A stretch of 63,498 nucleotides of DNA, counting the filler, from Octopus bimaculoides (lineage: Eukaryota): assembly GCF_001194135.2 (NCBI RefSeq). It is 4 parts of 4 records of this genome, joined end to end, with 100 filler letters (N's around TTAATTAATTAA, not from the genome) between each part and the next. Parts side by side here need not be neighbours in the genome. Positions count along the whole stretch, not along the records: positions 1 to 21,049 come from NC_069005.1; positions 21,150 to 43,271 come from NC_068982.1; 2 more parts are not named here. One strand, written 5' to 3'. The notes under the pieces were generated by a model. It searched no databases. It was not told where the DNA came from and was given only the letters and a program-made list of their open reading frames with translations. Below are positions 12,986 to 24,960 of the stretch, piece after piece (position 1 is the stretch's first letter; the number at the start of each line of letters is the position of its first letter). The position numbers and the translations under genes were made by a program.

Positions 12986-13632
12986 NNNNNNNNNNNNNNN
13001 NNNNNNNNNNNNNNNNNNNNNNNNNNNNNNNNNNNNNNNNNNNNNNNNNNNNNNNNNNNNNNNNNNNNNNNNNNNNNNNNNNNNNNNNNNNNNNNNNNNN
13101 NNNNNNNNNNNNNNNNNNNNNNNNNNNNNNNNNNNNNNNNNNNNNNNNNNNNNNNNNNNNNNNNNNNNNNNNNNNNNNNNNNNNNNNNNNNNNNNNNNNN
13201 NNNNNNNNNNNNNNNNNNNNNNNNNNNNNNNNNNNNNNNNNNNNNNNNNNNNNNNNNNNNNNNNNNNNNNNNNNNNNNNNNNNNNNNNNNNNNNNNNNNN
13301 NNNNNNNNNNNNNNNNNNNNNNNNNNNNNNNNNNNNNNNNNNNNNNNNNNNNNNNNNNNNNNNNNNNNNNNNNNNNNNNNNNNNNNNNNNNNNNNNNNNN
13401 NNNNNNNNNNNNNNNNNNNNNNNNNNNNNNNNNNNNNNNNNNNNNNNNNNNNNNNNNNNNNNNNNNNNNNNNNNNNNNNNNNNNNNNNNNNNNNNNNNNN
13501 NNNNNNNNNNNNNNNNNNNNNNNNNNNNNNNNNNNNNNNNNNNNNNNNNNNNNNNNNNNNNNNNNNNNNNNNNNNNNNNNNNNNNNNNNNNNNNNNNNNN
13601 NNNNNNNNNNNNNNNNNNNATATATATATATA

Positions 13633-14030
13633 TACTAGCAGAGATACCCGGCTTTGCCCATGTCACATGGAATTGAAGAATTAGACTTTTCTTTTATATT
13701 TTCTCTAATGAACTGGAATAGCTATGATTCGAATTCCATAAAAACTGCAGATTAAGAATTTTAACGAGGGTTCTTTCCCTCGTTACACACCCTAACAAAA
13801 ATTCTAATCATGATATATTTATCCCATACTACTCATCTTTATGCCCAGATTCCAAAATCCTAACCTTATGAAACCTATTCAAAAGTTTTTGCTCCTAAAA
13901 CCATGGAGCTCTAAAACGTGGGAGTTAAGGCCCCTATTGGGTGGGGAGGTCTTAAAGTCAACCAGAGAAGTTGAATTGTTGGGAATCTTTTTAACGTGGG
14001 TCTTATATCTATTGTTCAAATTTCTTTGAA
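13633..14030 (+). mobile_element. Possible non-autonomous Helitron/Helentron-type element
   Basis: Begins ACTAGCAGAGATACCCGGCTTTGCCC, resembling ACTAG...CCCG..TT.GCCC termini of such elements. The other end is not defined. Confidence 0.4.
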
Positions 14031-14486
14031 ATTGAAAATATATGCATGTTCACTGGGTTTGTAAAAGAAAGCAAAGCTACAGAAAACCAAAAGATGAATG
14101 ATCAAAATAAGCAGTCAGCTAACCTACCCTAGTTGTTACCACTCCCCAATGTAGGATTCCTCACCATACAGGTGATGGGCACAGCCGTAAGATGCATTAC
14201 GGATCTATAGCAATTGAAAGGGTGTGACTCAACTCAAATAAACATTAACAACTGTGTGACATGAGGGCTAAGAGGAAATGAAAATGTCACCTCTGGAGTT
14301 TGTCAATGATCACTATGCTGATAGTTAACTAGACAGAATAAATTTGCAATCTATAAATCTCTTTGAATGACCAGTCACTTATCTGGGAAGGCCTTGAAAT
14401 CAATGTTACCATCTGCGAACTATCTTTGACCCATTGATAATAAAAAAAGATCAAAGGAGGTTTGCAACCACACAAACACACATATA

Positions 14487-15140
14487 TATCATCATCATCA
14501 TTTAGCATCCGCTTTCCATGCTGGCATGGGTTAGACAGTTTGACTGGAACTGGTAAGCTGGAGAGCTGTACCAGGTTCCAATCTAATTTGGCTTGGTTTC
14601 TATGGCTGGATGCCCTTCCTAATGCTAATCACACCAATAATGTAGTGGGTGCCTTTTATGTGTCACCAGTACTGGCCATGACTGCAATTTCACTCGGCTT
14701 GATGAGTCTTCTCAAGCACAACAAATGGCCAAAAGTCTCAATCAATTGTCATCACCTCCATGAGACCCAACATTCAAGAATCAGGCTTCACCACCTTATC
14801 TCATGTCTTCTTGGGTCTACCTCTTCCATGAGTTCCATCCACAGTTAGAGATCAGCACTTCTTTATGCAGCTGTCCTCATCCATATGCATCACATGATTA
14901 TACCAGCAGTCATCTCTCTTGCACACCACATCTGATGCCTCTTATGCCCAATTTTTCTTTCAAGACTCTTACACTCTGCCATACATGCACACTGACATTG
15001 CACATCCAGTGAAGTATACTAGCTTCATTTCTTCCAAGCCTTCACATGTCCTCTGCAGTCACAGCCCCTGTTTCACTGCCAAGTAGCATGGCTGTTTGGA
15101 GAAAGACATCATACAATCTGCCTTTTACTCTAAGGGATAC
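14487..15140 (-). mobile_element. 5'-truncated RTE LINE (ORF C-terminus plus 3' UTR)
   Basis: Reverse complement aligns to 20300-20640 (SLRVKGRLYD...GRGRPRKT) and ends in a (GAT)n tail. Confidence 0.85.
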
Positions 15141-15325
15141 CAACAAATATATATAGATAAATAGATAGAAAAATAGATACCAACAAATATATATATTTAT
15201 ATAAGGGCATTACTACAGAATAATGCCACACACCAGACTTCCCAAATAAACACATTTTAGTACTGAATGCGAGGAAAAGCAACCCTCAAAAGAAACCAAC
15301 CTTTTTTTTTTTAAAAAAAACCCAA

Positions 15326-15386
15326 CTATGTATCGACCGATTTCACGATTACCAGAATGAAATCTAGTTTCCGCTCGTCAGCATAG
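15326..15386 (-). ncRNA. Degenerate minimal type I hammerhead ribozyme motif
   Basis: CTATG-CTGACGA-(stem II)-GAAA-TCGGTC-gata-CATAG. The stem I arms are complementary but a 4-nt extra segment follows the GUC site. Confidence 0.5.
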
Positions 15387-16028
15387 TATAGTACCAATAT
15401 ATATAAATAAACAAAATCCTCACCTTACCAAAACGAACACCTTATGTATCTGACAAAGCAAAGGGAATGANNNNNNNNNNNNNNNNNNNNNNNNNNNNNN
15501 NNNNNNNNNNNNNNNNNNNNNNNNNNNNNNNNNNNNNNNNNNNNNNNNNNNNNNNNNNNNNNNNNNNNNNNNNNNNNNNNNNNNNNNNNNNNNNNNNNNN
15601 NNNNNNNNNNNNNNNNNNNNNNNNNNNNNNNNNNNNNNNNNNNNNNNNNNNNNNNNNNNNNNNNNNNNNNNNNNNNNNNNNNNNNNNNNNNNNNNNNNNN
15701 NNNNNNNNNNNNNNNNNNNNNNNNNNNNNNNNNNNNNNNNNNNNNNNNNNNNNNNNNNNNNNNNNNNNNNNNNNNNNNNNNNNNNNNNNNNNNNNNNNNN
15801 NNNNNNNNNNNNNNNNNNNNNNNNNNNNNNNNNNNNNNNNNNNNNNNNNNNNNNNNNNNNNNNNNNNNNNNNNNNNNNNNNNNNNNNNNNNNNNNNNNNN
15901 NNNNNNNNNNNNNNNNNNNNNNNNNNNNNNNNNNNNNNNNNNNNNNNNNNNNNNNNNNNNNNNNNNNNNNNNNNNNNNNNNNNNNNNNNNNNNNNNNNNN
16001 NNNNNNNNNNNNNNNNNNNNTATATATA

Positions 16029-17096
16029 TTGGGTTGGCAAGAAATTAATTTTGTTTTTCACAAATGGATAGAGTTATGATTTCTTTGAATGACTTTTGTC
16101 AATGTTATGATTTTTTTCCTTTTGACATTTGATAGCCATTACTTTTAGCTTGCTTTAGAAGCAAATTGCACGTAATTTTCTTTACAGCTGTTAGTTCAGT
16201 GTCAATTTAGATATGGAGTGCCAAAACAAACATTTTTACCATATTTTGCTTTTTTATTTCTGTAAAGGCAAAGAAAGCTGCTGAGGCTCACAAACATTTG
16301 TGTGAAGCTTATGGTGTTAATTGCTTAACAGAACGCACATGTCAGAAATGGTTTAAGAAGTTCTGTTCTGGAGATTTTTCAGTCAAAGATAACCAACGTT
16401 CTGGTCAACCTACTGAAGTTGATGACCGAATCAAAGCCATAATCGAATCTGATTGTCATATAAGTGTGTGAGAGATTGCAGAGAGGTTAAATGTATCACA
16501 CACAACAAATGAAAATTACTTAAAATATCTTGGACTCGTTAAGAAGCTTGATATTTGGGTTCCACATAAATTTAAAGAAATTTACTTAATACAACAAATC
16601 AATATTTTGCGATATGCATCTTGAACGCAATGAAATTGATTTTTTTTGAAAATGAATCATCACTGGAGATGAAAAGTGAATTGTCTACAATAACATCAAC
16701 TGAAAACGATCACGGAACCAGCACAAGCTACATCAAAAGCTGAATTGCATTAAAAAAGGTCATGCTGCCAATTTGATGGGATTACAAAGGTGTTGTGTAT
16801 TTTGAGCTGCTTCCAAGGAACCAAACAATCAATTCAGATGTTTACTGTCAACAACTGATGAAACTGGAGAAAGCAATAAAAAAAAACACAACCAGAATCG
16901 GCAAATTGTAAAGGAATTGTGTTCCTCCATGACAACGCTAGACCACACACATATTTGCTAACTCATGAAAAATTAATGGAGCTTGGTTGGGAAGTGATGT
17001 CACATCCACCACATACTCCTGACCTTGCATCATCAGATTACTATTCATTTCGAAGTTTGGAAAATTCTTTGAATGATAAAACTTTCAATAATGATC
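16029..17096 (+). mobile_element. Near full-length mariner (DD34D, Hsmar1/cecropia-like), pseudogenised; 3' end in gap
   Basis: TA then TTGGGTTGGCAA left end, ATG at 16213. Reads WVPHK, IITGDEK, HDNARPH...PDLASSDY (34-residue spacing), with stops and frameshifts. Confidence 0.92.
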
Positions 17097-18121
17097 NNNN
17101 NNNNNNNNNNNNNNNNNNNNNNNNNNNNNNNNNNNNNNNNNNNNNNNNNNNNNNNNNNNNNNNNNNNNNNNNNNNNNNNNNNNNNNNNNNNNNNNNNNNN
17201 NNNNNNNNNNNNNNNNNNNNNNNNNNNNNNNNNNNNNNNNNNNNNNNNNNNNNNNNNNNNNNNNNNNNNNNNNNNNNNNNNNNNNNNNNNNNNNNNNNNN
17301 NNNNNNNNNNNNNNNNNNNNNNNNNNNNNNNNNNNNNNNNNNNNNNNNNNNNNNNNNNNNNNNNNNNNNNNNNNNNNNNNNNNNNNNNNNNNNNNNNNNN
17401 NNNNNNNNNNNNNNNNNNNNNNNNNNNNNNNNNNNNNNNNNNNNNNNNNNNNNNNNNNNNNNNNNNNNNNNNNNNNNNNNNNNNNNNNNNNNNNNNNNNN
17501 NNNNNNNNNNNNNNNNNNNNNNNNNNNNNNNNNNNNNNNNNNNNNNNNNNNNNNNNNNNNNNNNNNNNNNNNNNNNNNNNNNNNNNNNNNNNNNNNNNNN
17601 NNNNNNNNNNNNNNNNNNNNNNNNNNNNNNNNNNNNNNNNNNNNNNNNNNNNNNNNNNNNNNNNNNNNNNNNNNNNNNNNNNNNNNNNNNNNNNNNNNNN
17701 NNNNNNNNNNNNNNNNNNNNNNNNNNNNNNNNNNNNNNNNNNNNNNNNNNNNNNNNNNNNNNNNNNNNNNNNNNNNNNNNNNNNNNNNNNNNNNNNNNNN
17801 NNNNNNNNNNNNNNNNNNNNATATATATACTTTTAAATAAAGCATATTACTCTACCTCTGGTATTTGAGTACTCTTTTTTCCACCTTGTTGCACATTTCA
17901 TGTGCTTACTCCGGTATATATATATATATATATATATATGCAAACACACATTCATGTGCACACACAAATATACATGTTCTTGTGTAAATAATATATTTGT
18001 GTAGTTATGAAGCTCATTCTGCAACCACATTTAGTCCTACTGCATGGTAGCCTCTCATATAACCTCATGCTGAACAATGCTTTGTGAGATATGTGTTAGC
18101 GTGTGTGTGTGTATATATAAC

Positions 18122-21049
18122 TGGTTTGCAATACCACCTTCAGGAAACCTGCCTCTCACCTAGTCACCTACCGTTCCGGCAGACACACTAGCCAAATCGA
18201 CTACATCCTTGCCAGAAATAGAAAAAGAGGGCTGCTTATAAATGCCAAAACCTTCTCTGGCAAAGAATGTACCCCTCAGCACAGATTAGTAGTTAGCGAC
18301 TTTGGGATCAAGGCAAAATGGATGCCCAGAAGTAGACCAGCTTAGAGGAGAAGGGTTTGGATGCTTAAAGATCCTGCAAATGGACAGAGATTTAGAGACA
18401 TATTACTCAAAGCATTTGACGAAGTAGAAGGGGATATAGCATTACACAACGTGGAAGAAAACTGGAGGTTTCTACGGGACAACCTGTTGAGAGCCACCGA
18501 CCAGATCTGTGGCTGGTGTAAAGTCCCCTCTTGACCCAAAATAACGTGGTGGTGGAACAATGTGGTTGACAGGACTATTAGACAAAAGAAACAGGCTTGG
18601 AAGGACTAGAAGAACGGAGGTAACAGGGAATTGTATCAGACTGCCAGAAGGGAAACTAGGAGACAGGTTTACTTAGACAGAGGGGAAGCAGATAAGAAAA
18701 AATTTGCCAATGTTCTGCACTGTGAGGACCAAAGACTTGAAGTATTTCGTGTTGCAAGACAGTGTGTGAGAGAGAATCGTGATGTCGTATGTGAGAAATG
18801 TGTCCATTTGGATGATGGCTCACTCGCACTAAACGAGGCTGCAAAGAGAGAGGTCTGGAGATGCCACTATGAAAGGCTGCTTAATAAAGAGAATGAATGG
18901 GAGGAAGGGAGTCTGCCAAATGTCGACTTAACAAAGGGACCAGCTATCCTAATTGACAGTACCATGGTAGATAAAGCGATGAAGACGGAGAGCCCCTGGC
19001 CAATCAGGAATCACTGCAGAGATGCTCAAAATATCTGGCAGTTTCGACTATAGCCTAATGACCCGTATAGTTAATCAGGTGATACACGAAGGAGTCATAC
19101 CCAATGACTGGTGTAGCAGCACCATAGTCAACTGCTACAAAGGTAAAGGTGACGCTCTAGGCACAAACAATTACAGAGATATCAAGTTGTTGGACCAGGT
19201 AATGAAGGTCACGGAGAGGGTCATTGCCCAACAGATTAGGGAGAGAGTCAGTTTAAATGAGATGCAGTTTGGGTTCGTACCAGGGAAAAGCACCACTGAT
19301 GCTATATTTCTGGTAAGGCAGCTGCAGAAGAAATNNNNNNNNNNNNNNNNNNNNNNNNNNNNNNNNNNNNNNNNNNNNNNNNNNNNNNNNNNNNNNNNNN
19401 NNNNNNNNNNNNNNNNNNNNNNNNNNNNNNNNNNNNNNNNNNNNNNNNNNNNNNNNNNNNNNNNNNNNNNNNNNNNNNNNNNNNNNNNNNNNNNNNNNNN
19501 NNNNNNNNNNNNNNNNNNNNNNNNNNNNNNNNNNNNNNNNNNNNNNNNNNNNNNNNNNNNNNNNNNNNNNNNNNNNNNNNNNNNNNNNNNNNNNNNNNNN
19601 NNNNNNNNNNNNNNNNNNNNNNNNNNNNNNNNNNNNNNNNNNNNNNNNNNNNNNNNNNNNNNNNNNNNNNNNNNNNNNNNNNNNNNNNGTAGGGGTCCAC
19701 CAAGGTTCTGTCCTCAGCCCCCTGCTTTTTATCATAGTCCTCCAGGCGATAACAGAGGAATTCAAGACAGGATGCCCCTGGGAGCTCCTCTATGCTGATA
19801 ACCTTGCACTAATTGCTGAATCACTATCAGAACTAGAGGAGAAGTTTCAGGTGTGGAAGCAGGGACTAGAATCGAAGGGCCTTAGGGTCAACTTAGCTAA
19901 AACCAAAGTTCTAATAAGTAGGAAGGTAGACAAAACACAAACCCCTTCAGGTAGATGGCCCTGCTCGATCTGTAGAAAAGGTGTAGGTAGAAACTCTATA
20001 AGATGTACCCAGTGCAAGCTATGGACACATAAGAAGTACAGCAATATCAAAGGACGGCTAACTAGCAAGATAGTTTTTGTATGTAGCAGATGCTCAGGAG
20101 CAATAAACACTGAGAATGTGCAGAAAACAACCATTACCACACTCCAGGGTGAAAAACTATAGAAGTAGTTGATAGCTTCTGCTACCTAGGTGACCAAGTT
20201 TGTAGCGGGGGAGGGTGCACTGAAAGTGTAGCTGCTAGAATAAGAATAGCCTGAGCAAAGTTCAGAGAACTCCTACCTCTGCTGGTGACAAAGGGCCTCT
20301 CGCTCAGAGTAAAAGGCAGACTGTATGACACATGTGTATGAACAGCCATGCTACATGGCAGTGAAACATGGGCCGTGACTGCTGAGGACATGCATAAGCT
20401 TGCAAGAAATGAAGCCAGTATGCTCTGATGGATGTATAATGTAAGTGTGCATACTCGACAGAGTGTAAGTACCTTGAGAGAAAAGTTGAACCTAAGAAGC
20501 ATCAGTTGTGGTGTGCAAGAGAGACGATTGCGCTGGTATGGTCATGTGGCGAGAATGGATGAGGATAGCTGTGTGAAAAAGTGCCACACACTAGCGGTTG
20601 AGGGAACTTGTGGAAGAGGTAGACCCAGGAAGACCTGTTGAAGCACGACCTTCGAACCTTAGGCCTCACCGAAGCAATGACCAGTGACGACCTTTGGAAA
20701 TATACAGTACGTGAGAAGACCCGGCAAGGCAATGAGAGCATAATCTGTGATCTCTGCCAGAAGTGTGGCCAGCTCACTGATCCGTATTTTTATTTCACTG
20801 GACACTAAAAACCCTGCTTGCGAAGACCTGTTGAGGCAAGTGAATTTGAAATTTGAAATTTGAATCTGAAATCGAAATCGAACCGAATCTGAAGACTGGC
20901 ACCCATGCCAACCTCTCCTTCACTGGACACTAAACTCTGCTTGCGAAGACCTGTTGGGGCAAGGGAAATTGAAATTGAATCATACTCGATGACTGGTCAC
21001 TGTGCCAGTGCAGCAATAACAGCACTGTCGAGCGTGTTCATTGCCAGAG
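18122..21049 (+). mobile_element. 5'-truncated RTE-clade LINE (end of endonuclease, RT, C-terminus, 3' UTR)
   Basis: Reads QIDYIL, QHRLVVSD, WWWNN, QFGFVPGKSTTDAIF, HQGSVLSPLLF, LLYADNL, TWAVTAED and RLRWYGHV. Several stops/frameshifts; internal gap 19335-19688. Confidence 0.95.
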
Positions 21050-21149
21050 NNNNNNNNNNNNNNNNNNNNNNNNNNNNNNNNNNNNNNNNNNNNTTAATTA
21101 ATTAANNNNNNNNNNNNNNNNNNNNNNNNNNNNNNNNNNNNNNNNNNNN
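21050..21149. other. Assembly spacer N44-TTAATTAATTAA-N44 (also 43272-43371 and 61588-61687)
   Basis: Identical 100-bp construct appears three times. The 12-mer places stop codons in all six frames, so it is not biological sequence. Confidence 0.95.
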
Positions 21150-21254
21150 CAGATTTCAAAAGATTTCCGGGTAAAAACGGCAACAACTTACAGAGCTTCG
21201 GGAGACACGTCCATCCGCTTTCAAATTTATCAGAATAATAATAATAATAATAAT

Positions 21255-21474
21255 AATAATCCTTTCTACTGTAGGCACAAGGCCTGAAATTTTGGGGGAG
21301 GGGACTAGTCGATTAAATCGACCCCAGTGTTTCAGAGGTACTTAATTTATCGACACCGAAAGGATGGACGGCCAAGTCGATCTCGGCGGAATTTGAACCC
21401 AAAATGTAAGGAAGGGGAAGTACCTCTAAGCATTTTGCCCGGCATGCTAACGATTCTGCCAGCTCGCCGCCTTA
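21255..21474 (-). mobile_element. SINE family A, full length
   Basis: Sense reads GGCGGCGAGCTGGCAGAATCGTTAGC (A-box-like), GGGTTCAAATTCC (B-box-like), central ...TCGATAAATTAAGTACC, and tail CCTTGTGCCTACAGTAGAAAGG(ATT)n. Confidence 0.85.
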
Positions 21475-21546
<72 letters not shown>

Positions 21547-22062
21547 TTATTTGGTCCTTATCCTTATCATTGGAGAAACACTGACATTATTGAATTCTTC
21601 GCTGTTATTTATTGTAACAGGGAAATGTGGGGGTGGACAGAATGTTGTGATGTTGTGATAATTGGAGGCGGTGGATGAGGAATGATGAAGGAATCGTATC
21701 AGTTTTGGAGGTGTCATAATTGTCATCTGTCATCTTCTATCAGAACTTGAAAAGAATGTCCGTATAATTTTAGAGGTCAAATATATTTGTGGAATGTTGA
21801 AAAACAGACAATAAATTTAGCTTTAGCTCACAACAGATATAGTTACAGAAATAGATAAAAAAAATAAGAATACCACCCCCTTCATATGTGTGTGTGTGTG
21901 TGTGTGCGTGCGTATTTATCTGTGTGTGTGTGTGTGTGTGTGTGTGTGAGTGTTTGAGTGTGTATGTATATGTGTGTATCTGTGAGTTCACTATACACAT
22001 TAGAATTATTTGTATATGTATTGTGTGTCTATGTGTGTGTGTATGTATGTACCTTTTATCTT

Positions 22063-22260
22063 TTGCTTGTATCAGTCATTAGACTGCGGCCATGCTGGGA
22101 CACCGCCTAGAATTTATCAATCCCAGTCCTTTTTTCCTTTTTGTAAGCCTGGTTCTAATTCTATCGCCTTTTTTTTTTGCCGAACCACGGGAACGTAAAC
22201 ACAGCAGCACCAACTGCCAAGCAATGATGGAGGACAAAGACACACACATATAGATATACA
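22063..22260 (-). mobile_element. SINE family B, 3' half
   Basis: cagtcattagactgcggccatgctggg... matches other copies. Confidence 0.8.
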
Positions 22261-22819
22261 TACATACACACACACANNNNNNNNNNNNNNNNNNNNNNNN
22301 NNNNNNNNNNNNNNNNNNNNNNTATATATATATACGACGTCTCTGAACATAACTCATATAATTAGTCAAAAAGCAGTAAAATGTTTTCATGAATATTGGA
22401 GAACATGAGACGTATGAGGAAATAATAACGACGAAATTCATGGATAGTGCACTCCAAATATTCTCTTCTGTTATAAATGTGAGCGTGCGTGTATACCTCC
22501 TCTCAAATTATACGCCTATACGCAGTTAAAAGTGGCAAAATTTACCACTGTAAGAAGCAGCAATGCTGTAATCGTTGACAAATGTCTTTTTATCCTGCAC
22601 TCCAGCGTTTAACGTTTCTTTCCAGCATAGCTTAGAGCGTATAGAAAATGTTTATGCTGTTGATGATGCTTATGATGATGTCTGCCTTTTGAGAACAGCT
22701 CCGATTTTCTGTTGAGGGACGATATCGCTAGTTGTTTCACTATCTAGATAAACAACATCTAATGTTAAACAAATGATCAGAATATGTAATTGATCTGACA
22801 GTAATATTGGTTTCAAACT

Positions 22820-23020
22820 TGACACAAGGATAACAAGTTCGGGGGAAGGAGTAAGTTGATTATAACAACCCCAGTATTCAACTGGTACTTATTTTATCAA
22901 CCCCGAAAAGATAAAAGGTAAAGTCGACCTCGGCGGATTTGAACTTAGAACGTAAAGATGAACAAAATGCCGCGAAGCATTTTGTCCGGCATGTTAACGA
23001 TTCTACCAACTCGCCGCCTT
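22820..23020 (-). mobile_element. SINE family A
   Basis: aaagtcgacctcggcggatttgaac...ctaccaactcgccgcctta. Confidence 0.85.
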
Positions 23021-23159
23021 AGATTTGTCAATAATATTCCAAGCTATTTCAGGTCGATGATGTCCCTTGTCCCTGAGCTCGACATCAATCGGAATAAGCA
23101 GTAGAATTTCCTTGTTCTCATCCTATACAGTGATAACAATGGACCCTAAGTAGACCATA

Positions 23160-23450
23160 AGTAATGCCGTCTCAAGACACGGGCACACTTGGAAGTTTCT
23201 CGGAGGCCTCACGAATCTGGAAGCCCGATTCTGATCTGTGTGTGCTGTGGCTTTTTGCTAATAAATATACTATAGGGCCCAGTGCACTGATTTACCCAGA
23301 GGCTTCACAGATTTCGGAGTCCAATTTTGATCTGTGCTGTGGCTTGCTATCAATAAATAAATAAATAAATACAATAGGACTCGATGCACTGATTTACTCG
23401 AGGGCCTATAATGTTCTTGATATGACTTGTTAAGGTTATCACTGTGGATA
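23160..23450 (-). repeat. Dispersed repeat with ~100-bp tandem subunits (inverse homologue at 56210-56500)
   Basis: Two subunits containing gatctgtg..ctgtggct..gct..aataaata. The reverse complement matches tattgacagcaagcca..acatac.tagatcag at 56289 and 56388. Confidence 0.65.
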
Positions 23451-23548
23451 TTGTATAGAAATCAAAGCTAGCACTAATTTCGTTACGACGTTTCGTATCC
23501 TAGATGCCTGATGTAAACAACAATGAAATCGCAGATGAAAATGGGTAA

Positions 23549-24960
23549 TGGGCCTATGTGTCATATTTCAGGAGATTTTGCGGTCAATATATAGTTTGAG
23601 ACCATTTCACGAAGTAAAAACAAACGACCTACCAGATGTAAAAAAATGTACAGAAAACGAATATAAAAAAAAATTGCGCCAACGAATGGAGAGAGGACTT
23701 TCGGAAAATTCACAAGTTCCGATTTTTCCCCTCATAACTTTCAGGACAATGGATATATATTAATGAAATGTTACAGAAATACCGTTCAAATGGCACAAAT
23801 TACGATTATAAAGAAACTTCTGGGAAAAATGTTTTCCGAAGGGGTTAAGGAAAGGATTTCGGAAGATTCACACAATCCGTATTTTTTTTCCTCATCACTT
23901 CCAGGAAAATGAATATCTTTTAATGAAATTTTACAGAAACACCTTTGAAATAGTATAAGATTACAATTATAAAGAAATTTGTGGGGAAAATGTTTCCGTA
24001 AGGGTGGGGAGAGGACTGTCGGAAAGTTTATACGATCCGTTTTTTCCCCTCATAACTTTCAGTATCTAGTTTAGCGCCCGGTCACCAAAAGGGGGCGAAA
24101 AACAGTCTAGTTGGTGTAAAANNNNNNNNNNTAAGATTACAATTATAAAGAAATTTGTGGGGAAAATGTTTCCGTAAGGGTGGGGAGAGGACTGTCGGAA
24201 AGTTTATACGATCCGTTTTTTCCCCTCATAACTTTCAGGAAAACATTTTCTCCATAGATTTCTTTACAATCATAATCTATGCCGTTTGAAAGATGTTTCA
24301 GTAAAATTTCATTAAAAGATATCCATTTTCCTGAAAGTTATGAGAGAAAAAATTGGATCGTGTGAATTTTCCGAAAGTCCTCTCCCCACCCCACCACATT
24401 CATTTGCGAAAATTTTTGTTTTCATATTCGTTTTCTACACGTTTTTGTACACCTACTAGATTGTTCTCTTTTACATTTTGGTGACCGGGTGCTAAACTAG
24501 ATCCTGAAAGTTATGAGGGGTAAAAAAAAAATAACGGATCGAGTGAACTTTCCGACAGTCCTCTCCACACCCTTTCGTGAAACATTTTCTTCACAAATTT
24601 CTTTATAATCGTAATATATGCTGTTTGAAAGGCGTTTCTGTAAAATTTCATCCTATTTCATTTTATATTCGTTTTCTATACATTTTTTACAACTGGTAAG
24701 TCGTTTTTTTTTCCTCCGTGAAATGGTCTCAAACTGTATATTGACCGCAAAATCTTCTGAAATATGACATATAGGCCCATTCCTGAAAGTTACGATGGAA
24801 AAATTGGATCTTGTGAATTTTCCGAAAGTCCTCTCCGCCCCAACCCACCCCGTTCGTTTGCGCAAATTCGTTTTATACACATTTTTTTTACACCTGGTAG
24901 GCTGGGTTTTTTTTTTCCTTTTGCTTTCGTTAAGGGGTCTCAAACTGTATATTGACCGTT
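23549..24960. mobile_element. Foldback-like element built from shuffled modules
   Basis: 23549-23668 is the inverse of ~24660-24781. The module gagaggactttcggaaaattcac...ctcataactttcagga is repeated directly in the left arm and inverted in the right arm. Confidence 0.75.

Noticed and set aside
21094-21105. TTAATTAATTAA palindrome recurring three times
   Set aside because: It is always centred in exactly 44+44 Ns, so it is a scaffolding linker.
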